Source: Lingula anatina (Eukaryota > Animalia > Brachiopoda). From it: 64,000 nt of DNA. Each line of letters starts with the position of its first letter. The first letter of the stretch is position 1. A model generated the notes under the pieces. The model did no database searches. It was given only the letters and a program-made list of their open reading frames with translations, and was not told where the DNA came from. The stretch spans positions 9,672,001 through 9,736,000 of the forward strand of contig CM120641.1 of the NCBI GenBank assembly GCA_051362555.1. The letters are read 5' to 3'. Positions 53,501 through 64,000 of this stretch are shown here, one piece after another. The translations under genes were made by a program, and so were the position numbers.

Positions 53501-56500
53501 GAGACAAGAGACTTGGTGCAGGATTTGGAACAGAGGGTTCAGAAGGCAAAGAACAATGTGGAAGAGATTCAAAAACTTATGGCTACTTGGAGCAACACTC
53601 CTCTGTTTGAGAGGTTAGAGGGCAAACATGAGTCTTTGCTCAACCTCAATGATAAAGAGGACAGGCTGAAGAAGAGGTATAATGAAATCAAGACCACTGG
53701 AGAAAAAATCCATGGTTTAGTGCAGGTAAACTTTTGATTTATGATTGACAAAACGTATGTCATGATAACATTTGTCATTTTATGTATGCATTTTTAGTAT
53801 TGAGTTTGAGTTTATTGTATATTTCATATTTATGTTTACAGTATATGGTAAGATATGTTGCTGTGAAGTTTTTAATTTTTTTTTTTTTTTTTTTGCATAT
53901 CTTGACAAAATGCAATAACTTTATGATAACTATGAATACTGTTCATCTTTCAGCAAAACTTGGAGTTTTTCAAGGCAGATGCAGAGTCTGACATATGGAA
54001 AGCATATGTAGATTATGTGGATGAAATGGCTGTCGATGGGTTTTTCAACACCATCCACTGCAGCTTGAACTTTTTCTTGGATTGCACAGATCCCAAGAAG
54101 CCATCTAGTCCTCTGTTTGAGGCTCTGATGGAGCTGCAGGTGCCTGATATGGTGTTTAATCCTTCCCTGGATTATGGTGTGGCTGATGGTTTCTATGACT
54201 TGGTGGATGGACTAGTGGGAGATATTTACAAGCAGGCTTCTCTAATCGGGAGGTTAGCTGCCCACAGTGGACAGGAGCACTACCAGGTCAGTCCCACTGG
54301 CCATATTGGATTAAAGGGCTGGACAAAAAAAAATTTGTTTTTCTTACAATTTCAGTACAGTTCTTTAGACTACTTTTACAATTAGTATAACTCTGTAAAA
54401 ATTCTATTGGATAACTTTTCATTTTGCCTTTTTTGACAGCCTGATTTAGAAGAAATGGATGAGCTGTCTGAGATGAGACAAGAGTTGATGGACAGAGTAC
54501 AGACTGTTATGAACAAGGCCTGTGAATACAGAAACAGCTTTGATAATTATGCCTATCTGTGGGTAGATGACCGCAATGAATTTATGAGGCAGTTCTTGCT
54601 GTATGGTCATGTGCTGACTGCTGAAGAGATTGAAGCCCATGCTGATGATGGTGTGCCTGAAAATCCACCAACATTAGATCAGTTCAAAGAACAGGTATGT
54701 CACATTTCAAGTCCAATACAGTCTTGATATCTTTCTTTAAAATACATTTTGGTGTAAAATTTGAAATGTCTAAGATCGTTTCCCTTTTCAGGTGTTGGCA
54801 AGTTTACAGTGGCCAAAATTTAATATTTTCACTTGCACAAAACTGAAAACATGTTGGTGTGGATGTTTATTATGAATCAATATCATTCTAGGTGGACACC
54901 TATGAAAAGATCTATGAGGAAGTGGAACAGTTTGATGGTACAGTTATGGTAGACCACTGGTTCCGTGTCAACTCTAAACCCTTCCGCCAGTCCTTGCTCA
55001 ACATCATTAAGAGGTGGAGCTTCATGTTCAAGCAGCATCTCATTGATCATGTCACCAATAGGTAAGTTTTTTCCATATGTACATATATTGTAAATGGTGA
55101 GTTTGAAATTTCTGACTTTTCTAATTTGCAAAAAAAAAAGAAAAAAAAGGCACTGCACTTTTTTTTTCAAAATAATAATCACATTTGCCTTAAGTGTATA
55201 TCCAAATTCCAAAGCAGCAAACTTTTAAAAGAAAATGCCTTTTTTTTCCTAAAATGTTTTAAAATGTGTAACCAAAACTAGCTAAAAAGATGGCACAGAT
55301 GTTTATGTCACTACGGATATCCCATGATGAACACTTATAAGTCATTTGTGTGCATTATTCCTTCTTCATAGCCTCAATGAGCTGGCCGAGTTCATCAAGG
55401 TGGCTGACAGTGGTCTAACCAAACCAGTAGAGGAGGGTGACTATGATGGTCTGGTAGAGTGTATGGGTCATCTGTTAGCTGTGAAGGACAGGCAGGCATC
55501 CACAGATGAGATGTTTGAGCCACTGAAGCAAACCATAGAACTGCTGAAGACATACGGACAGGAGCTTCCAGAGGAGGTCCATGTACAGCTCCAGGTAAAA
55601 AAAAAGTTTGTAGCATTCAGGGTTTACCATAGACTATTTCTGTTGGTGGTAATTGAACTAAATGCTTCATTCATAGTTATGTTTTATTTCACTCATCCAA
55701 AGGAACATAACAACAATATATATTTTTGTAACAGGAACTCCCAGAACAATGGAACAACACGAAGAAGATTGCCATCACTGTCAAACAACAAGTTGCACCA
55801 TTGCAGTCCAATGAAGTTGCCAACATTAGGAAGAAGTGTGCATCATTTGATGTACAACAACACACATTCAGAGAGAACTTCAGGCAGATATCAGTGTACA
55901 GATACAGCTGTGAAGACCCTTACACTGTGTTGGATGAGGTATGAGTATCATACCAACATACTGATAGATTTTAAGCTAAATGTGTTTTGCTGCCTAGCTT
56001 TAATACATGTGCGACCCAGATGATAATTTATACACTGGATGTTTTCTTACAAAATTAACAACTGAATCTTATAGCCATAATTCTATTTTCAACAAAAAAT
56101 TGTATCACTTTGGGGGAGAAAACTTTTTTTGTCGGTTTTAACTATAATCTTTATAACATTGATATTTTCATATCTTCAGTTCAACCAACAAATCACAGAC
56201 ATGGAGAAGGAGATGGCAGCACTCCTGGAGTCTGCAGGCCTGTTTGAAGTCAATGTACCAGATTACAAACAGCTCAAACAATGCAGAAAAGAAATCTGCA
56301 TGCTCAAACAGCTATGGGACTATGTATATATTGTGCGCACAAGTTTTGATGACTGGAAAACTACTCCCTGGGTGGAAATAAATGTGGAACAGATGGACAT
56401 GGACTGTAAGAGATTTGCCAAAGATATCAGGGGATTAGACAAAGAGATGAGGGCATGGGACACATACTCTGGTGTAGAGGGCACTGTGAAGAACATGTTG

Positions 56501-59500
56501 ACATCATTGCGTGCTGTCAGTGAGTTGCAGAACCCAGCTATCAGAGAGAGACATTGGCAGCAACTTATGCAGGCAACAGGCGTAAGTATTTACAATAGTT
56601 GGGATTTTCCCTCTTAGGTTTATTTTAGTAGAATATCTGTTTAATCAAAAATAGGGTAACTTTAAAGACCCAAATCATTATGACAATGTTGACGATTTAT
56701 AAAATACTTACAAATGCTAATTCATTTGTTATAATTTGATAACATACCAAAAGTATTCAGTAATTAAGAATGGTTAAACTTATAAATGAACTGTCTCTGA
56801 TTTTCAGGTGAAATTTGTCATGGATGAAGACACCACCCTGTCTGATCTGCTGTCCCTCAACCTACACAACTTTGAGGATGAGGTTCGTAACATTGTGGAC
56901 AAGGCTGTGAAGGAAATGTCCATGGAGAAAGTGCTGAAGGAGTTGGATGTCACTTGGGCAACCATGGAGTTTGAACACCAGAAACACAACAGAACTGGCA
57001 TTACCCTACTTGTGACCACAGAGGAATTGATTGAAACACTAGAAGATAACCAGGTAAAAATCTTTTTGTTTTGAATTTCATCTAGTTTGTCTGAGTAGAC
57101 CTTTTAAAAATAATTTGTATGAAATGTTGAATTATTTACCAGTAGCTTGCATGTTCACTTGCTATTTCTTTTGTAAATAAATGTTTAAACATACATAAAT
57201 TTTTGTTTTTCTTTCAAAAAAAAACAGGTACAGCTGCAGAACATGCTCACATCCAAATATATTGCCCATTTCTTGGAAGAAGTGTCAGGGTGGCAAAAGA
57301 AACTGTCCACTGCTGACCAGGTGATAACCATCTGGATGGAGGTCCAGAGGACATGGTCACATCTGGAGAGTATTTTCATTGGCTCTGAAGATATTAGAAA
57401 CCAACTGCCAGAGGATTCTAAGAGATTTGATGGCATTGATACAGACTTCAAGGTACATGCTTGGGCTTTCTTCTGACGTGATTGATTATGTATATGAAAC
57501 CTCAAAAGAAACTTTATCATTTAAAGTGATTTTTTTTGCCAACTGTGTTTTTAATATAACATGAAAAACATTTTACTGAAGTATACAGAAGCTTTCATTT
57601 TAATCTTCAGTAATCAGTTACCAATGTCAAAGTACACCAACATATTTGGTAACTGTGAGATTTGTTATTCAACTTTCTAGGAAGTGGTAAAAGAGGTTGA
57701 AGGTACTCTGAATTGTGTTGAGGCCACAAACAAACCAGGACTGTATGACAAACTGGAAGTTATCCAGGGGCAGCTGATTCTCTGTGAGAAGGCACTGGCT
57801 GAATATTTGGAGACCAAACGTCTTGCCTTCCCAAGGTTTTACTTCGTGTCTTCTGCTGACTTGCTAGACATTTTGTCCAATGGTAATCAACCAGAGTTGG
57901 TGAGTCAATTTTTAATGAATAGTACAGTTTCCAAACTCTATTTTTTTATCAACATTCTTAAAGATGTTTTTGAATCACTTGTGTTGAAACACTAAAGCAA
58001 GTTTATTGAAAAATGTTTTAAAAAAATATTTGGGTAACTATAACTTAATTTTTTTCTTAAATCATTAAATTGATAATTGCATACACATAACTATAAAGTC
58101 AGTAAGTAGCAAAATATTTTCTTCATATATTTAGCATATGTAACCAAGTCTACTCTTTATTTCAGGTTGCGCGTCATTTGACCAAGCTATTTGACAGCAT
58201 GGCAGCACTAAAATTCCAACAGGACTCTGATGGTAACAACCTGAAGACTGGTGTAGGCATGTTCAGTAAAGACGGAGAGTATGTGGACTTTGACCATGAG
58301 TGTGACTGCACTGGCCAGGTGGAGGTGTGGTTGAACCGGCTACTTGATGTCCAGAGAACAACAGTGAGACATGAGATGACCGAGGCAGTGACTGCATATG
58401 AGGAGAAAGCACGTGAACAGTGGCTGTTTGACTTCCCTGCTCAGGTGGCCCTGTGTGGCACACAGATCTGGTGGACAACTGAAGTGAACATTGCATTTGC
58501 CAGACTTGAGGAAGGCTATGAGAATGCTCTTAAAGATTACAGCAAGAAACAGGTTAGTTGGTTTGACAGCATAGCTACTAAAGACCTTCAGTAGAATAGT
58601 TGATTTTAAAGGTAACATTTTATGTATTTTTGTGATTAGTTTCATAATTGGTTACTCCATATATTAATTGTAATCTGGTGTAGAACATTCTGCTTCAATT
58701 AATACAATCCATGTGCATTCCGCTATGAACGATTTGGACTTTTGTATTTCAGATCCAACAGCTGAACACCCTGATTACCATGTTGATTGGCTCCTTGACC
58801 AAGCAGGAACGTCAGAAGGTCATGACCATCTGTACTATTGATGTGCATGCCCGTGACGTCATCACACAGATGATCACACAGAAAATTGAGAGTGGACAGG
58901 CCTTCAAGTGGTTGTCTCAGCTACGTCATCGCTGGGATGAAGGACATAAAGACTGCTTTGCTAACATTTGTGATGCTCAGTTCAGATACTCGCATGAGTA
59001 TCTTGGAAACACACCACGTTTAGTGATTACACCCTTGACTGACAGGTGAATGTTCAAACATATATGATGCACATGTAGCTTTTTCTCTGTTAAAGCAGTG
59101 TGTGATATCATGCAGGGAACTTATCTTAAACTATTTATGTAAATATGTCAAAAAGAACTAAAAAATGTGCAACAAATTACATTTAAAACAATGGAACATT
59201 TTGACACAGATGATTGAATTCTTTGGCACAAACATTTTACAGTAGTTTTGTGTTAATATATCACCGCTGTAGTATAATCTTAGCTTTCTAAATATCATTT
59301 CAGATGTTACATCACCCTGACTCAGTCCCTTCACTTGGTGATGAGTGGAGCCCCTGCTGGGCCTGCAGGAACTGGGAAGACAGAGACAACCAAGGATTTG
59401 GGCAGAGCTCTGGGAATCATGGTCTATGTGTTCAACTGCTCAGAACAGATGGACTACAAGGTGGGGTATATATAGAGCTGCAGACATTGTTTTTATAGCA

Positions 59501-62500
59501 AAGGGTTATTGAAGCGCCTTAGATTATTGTTTCATCTTCATTGAGTAAGTTTAAGTTGGTAAGTAAAATGGGGAAAAATTGGGGAACATTCATAAAAATT
59601 TTAATTCTTATTTGTATTGCACATAATTATAGAATTATTCAAAATGAAAAATCATTAAAACTCACACTTACCTCCCTATCATTTCAGTCCTGTGGTAACA
59701 TCTACAAGGGTTTGGCCCAATCTGGTGCATGGGGTTGCTTTGACGAGTTCAACCGCATCTCAGTAGAAGTGCTGTCTGTGGTGGCTGTCCAGGTGAAGAG
59801 TATCCAGGATGCCATTAGGGACAAGAAGACCGTCTTTGAGTTCCAGGGAGAAACCATCAGTCTCATTGCCACTGTAGGCATTTTCATCACCATGAACCCA
59901 GGTTATGCTGGGCGCACTGAGCTGCCAGAGAATCTCAAGGCTCTTTTCAGGTATTTCAATAGAACACAGCTGTGAATTGTCTTGTAATATTTTGATGAAA
60001 ATCAAAATATAAGAATTATCTCAAAGTAATTTGGTACAAGTGCTATTTATTGTGTTTATTATTTTCATTTTTTATGTTTGTGTTTCAGACCCTGTGCTAT
60101 GGTGGTTCCTGACTTTGAGCTGATTTGTGAAATTATGTTGGTGGCAGAGGGTTTCCTTGAAGCTCGTTTGCTAGCCAGAAAGTTCATCACCCTTTACACT
60201 CTGTGTAAAGAACTGCTTTCCAAACAGGTACATAGCAGTCTATTTTTCTGGCATATTATTATGTAATTATTTCACTGGTATAATTCAAGTGGATCAGTTT
60301 AGCTTATTTTGATGTATGAGGAATTGTATTATATGATGTTTTTACGACAGGAAGTCATACAGTGCAAGATAGGATGTCATGTTGTATTTGTTCTAATATC
60401 GTCATTAAGTTTTTGTTTTCACAACATATGATAAGATATAATAAGATATTCTTTGTTTTGCTACATAGGACCATTATGATTGGGGTCTGCGTGCTATCAA
60501 ATCTGTACTGGTGGTGGCTGGTGCACTGAAGAGAGGTGATCCTAACAGACCTGAAGATCAGGCAAGTTATAATATATATTTGAATTAAAAGTTATCTGTT
60601 TTTACACGTAAGACATATTTTATAGTTATGGCGATAAGTGGTTATAGTGAATGTAACAACATCAGTAAGTTATCAGCAGTAAAAAGTCTGATTCTTATTA
60701 GCAGAAGTTATTAAATGGACATCTTGTCTGTAGATGTAAATTGGGACTCCTTTATGACTGTCATCTATAAATAAAAAAAAGCATCTGTCCACTGCATTTA
60801 TTATAACTTAAAATGTTTTATATCTCTATTAAACAGGTGTTGATGAGAGCTTTGAGAGATTTCAATGTGCCAAAGATTGTGACTGATGACCTTCCTATCT
60901 TCATGGGTCTGATTGGAGACTTGTTCCCAGCCTTGGATGTACCCAGGAAGAGGGATCCTGAATTTGAGAAAGAAATCAAACAGGCAACTTTGGACCTCAA
61001 ACTGCAGCCTGAAGATGGTTTCATTCTCAAGGTAAAATTTGGATTACTTAGATTACTTCCGTCTCACATCCAGTAATATACTGCTGTATTATATAGTTTG
61101 TAAATTATTGATTCATTACAAATATTGTTGGTCTGTCAAATACAGATCAGGTATTACAATTGTAATTTTTGTACATTCTATGAAAAACTGTTTAGAATGT
61201 GATTAAATGTTTTTTAAATATATTTATTTATAACAGGTTGTCCAGTTGCAAGAGCTGTTTGATGTACGTCACTCTGTGTTCATTGTGGGGAATGCTGGTA
61301 CAGGCAAGAGTCAGGTGTGGAAGACACTGAACAGAACATTCAAGAACAAGGGCAAGAAGCCAATTGCACAGGATCTCAACCCTAAGGCAGTCACCAATGA
61401 TGAGTTGTTTGGGATCATCAACCCTGCTACCAGAGAGTGGAAGGATGGTAAGCCGTGCACAAGAATGTTTCCTTTTGTAAACTTGAATGGATAGTTTATA
61501 GAATGGGGCTTGCACTATTTATTCATTGTATATATTTCAGTGTCATAATGAAGGGCAACTCCAGGATCTTCAAAATCAAACTGAACACTTTTAACAGGTA
61601 TTAGGTGTTGGGATACTAAGGATATCCACAATAAAATGCATTTTAAAGAACTAATGGAACTCGTCCCCCATAAACAGAAATGTGATAATAAGTCGGTACT
61701 CTTCCTCCCTCATATAATAATATTTTCACCATATCATTGTTTATTATTGTGAATGATTTGTAATTTTAGGCTTGTTCTCTGTGATCATGCGTGACTTGGC
61801 CAATTTGACTGGAGATGGAAACAAGTGGATTGTCCTGGATGGTGACATTGATCCCATGTGGATTGAGTCACTGAACACTGTCATGGATGACAACAAGGTA
61901 CTTGTTATGAGCATCAATGGTCAAAGCTGTTACAGAGAGTTTTCTCATGAAGAAACTTTTTGAGATTTGCATATTCCATTACATATTTTGGTCAAATTTT
62001 TAATGGGCTTTGAATGGGCTTAAATACAAGGCAGAAGAAAAAAGTACATTTTTCTAAAAATGTTGTTGTTGTTGGTATGCTGCAGGTGTTGACACTGGCC
62101 AGTAATGAGCGTATTGCTCTGACCCCAATGATGAGGCTTCTGTTTGAAATCAGTCACTTGAAAACAGCCACCCCTGCCACGGTATCTAGAGCTGGTATCC
62201 TGTTCATCAATCCTGCTGACTTGGGATGGAATCCGTAAGAAATACAATTTTTTAAAAAATATGCATATGCTAGACAATATTCTCAACAGTCTTGTTCTGT
62301 TTGCATTTCTTAGATTATTTTTTAATGTTTTGTACCTCGTGAAATTATCATATCGTATTATCATATGAAATAAGCATGCCAGAACATAATTTTTTCAAGT
62401 CACATCATTTGATCTGTTATTACTAGTGCACTTGGAATTTGCATTTATCAGGTTTGTGAGCAGTTGGATTGAGACAAGAGAGGTGCAGTCTGAGAAAGCC

Positions 62501-63739
62501 AATTTGATGATCTTATTTGACAAGTACATCCCAACCTGCCTGGAGGCCACACGGTCTCGCTTCAAGAAGATCACCCCCATTGCTGAGATTAGTCACATTC
62601 AGATGTTGTGCTACCTACTTGAAGTGATGCTGACACCAGAGAACACCCCACCTGACTGCCCCAAAGAGTTGTATGAACTCTATTTTGTCTTCTGCTGTAT
62701 CTGGGCCTTTGGAAGCTGCATGTTCCAAGATCAGGTATGGTTTGAGACAATGAAGACTGGAGACTGTGACTTGTTAGAGTAATTGTTAACATTGCCAGGG
62801 TGTTTGGATTAACATTTTTTTTCTAAAGTTTATTTGTTACTTGGGATAAACAGATTTTTTTCATGACTTTGATTTAGTTTTTTTTCACATCCATGGTTTC
62901 CCATGATGTTGTACCAGAGACTTTCAAGCATATGGATCTCATAAAGCTTTTTGTTTACACATTCAAACTCTTTTGCAGCTCGTAGATCATCGTGTAGAGT
63001 TTACCAAATGGTGGGTCACAGAGTTCAAAACCATCAAGTTCCCCTCCCAGGGAACACTGTTTGATTACTACATTGACCCCGAGACCAAAAAGTTTGAACC
63101 ATGGACCAAGAAAGTGCCCCCATTTGAATTTGATCCAGAGATGCCTATGCAGGTAAAGCTTTTTGAATGTTTTGTAGGTTTTCTACACAGGGTTGATACT
63201 GAGTAACAAATGCATGATGGTCTGTGTCAAAATCGTGTGCATCATTAATAGAGGGGGACTTTTTAATTTTAATAACATTTCCATGAAGTTTTTTTTTCAG
63301 GAAGTGGTTTTATAATTGTCTTAAATGGTACAGACTATTTCTATTTAATCAAGTATAAAATAAAAAATGAAATCATGTTACTCACTTCAAAACAAACACT
63401 TACATTTTGTCTGAACTTTCTCTTTCCCAGGCCACACTGGTGCACACAGCTGAGACAACGCGTATCCGCTTCTTCATGGACATGCTGATTGAGCAAGGCC
63501 GCCCAATCATGTTGGTGGGTACTGCAGGTACAGGAAAGACCGTACTGATGAATGACAAACTGAACTCTCTGGACACAGACAACTGGGTAGTAGCTAATGT
63601 GCCCTTCAACTTCTACACCACCTCAGAGATGTTGCAGATTGTGCTTGAGAAGCCATTGGAGAAGAAAGCAGGCAGGAATTATGGTCCACCAGGCAGCAAG
63701 AGGCTGGTGTACTTTATTGATGACATGAACATGCCAGAG
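47532..63739 (+). CDS. Axonemal outer-arm dynein beta heavy chain (DNAH9/DNAH11/DNAH17 type), 5' part through AAA3; continues beyond the window
   Basis: About 35 exons, e.g. 47532-47888, 49005-49198, 49478-49667, 49918-50017, 50179-50390, 50683-50913 ... 59304-59460, 59688-59950, 60089-60227, 60469-60561, 60837-61031, 61238-61447, 61770-61897, 62086-62234, 62452-62734, 62979-63152, 63431-63739. Motifs [83 protein letters not shown]. The N-terminus resembles the sea-urchin ciliary beta chain. Confidence 0.97.
48229..48959. mobile_element. Non-autonomous DNA transposon with ~200-bp terminal inverted repeats and 8-bp TSD in the dynein intron after the first coding exon
   Basis: ggtttgat|cacactcggctgtcaccttgattgg ... 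ccaatcaaggtgacagccgagcgtg|ggtttgat. Inner 29-bp inverted repeat at 48434-48462 / 48619-48647. Confidence 0.92.
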
Positions 63740-64000
63740 GTAATCTTTACAGTACATTTGAATTTCTTTTGTTTGCATTTTGGGATACACAAGAATTATA
63801 TCCTATAATGTTCATGAACTTTAGATAACTTGCATCAATACAAAATCATATAATGTAGAAAGACAGGATATTTATAGTCATTGTAATATAACTTAATTCT
63901 GGTAACATGTTTATTCTTTTGATTAAATGCCAATTTTAAGTGAAGGCCCATTAGAAAATAATGAAAACATTTTCTTACCTTCAATTACTCATTTTCCATT

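Overview
AT-rich, intron-rich animal genomic DNA, probably a marine invertebrate (lophotrochozoan-like; the taxon is an inference). Five spliced protein-coding genes were reconstructed by eye. (1) The 5' part of an alpha-neurexin on the minus strand, which runs off the left edge. (2) A ~1100-aa secreted fibrinogen-related-domain (FReD) protein with a very large charged/acidic exon. (3) A coiled-coil protein with a divergent UBAN-like motif and a NEMO-type zinc finger (TNIP/ABIN/NEMO family-like). (4) PGS1, the phosphatidylglycerophosphate synthase, on the minus strand. (5) An outer-arm beta dynein heavy chain (DNAH9/11/17 type), head-to-head with PGS1, which runs off the right edge. Introns and intergenic DNA carry several palindromic non-autonomous DNA transposons (two with perfect 8-bp target duplications), Helentron-like fragments, microsatellites and a decayed duplicate of a FReD exon. 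I found no prokaryote-type system, CRISPR array or RNA gene, and no clearly new biological system. The best leads are the atypical FReD architecture, the divergent UBAN protein with a kB/CRE promoter, the PGS1-dynein linkage, two GC-AG introns and a candidate neurexin micro-exon.
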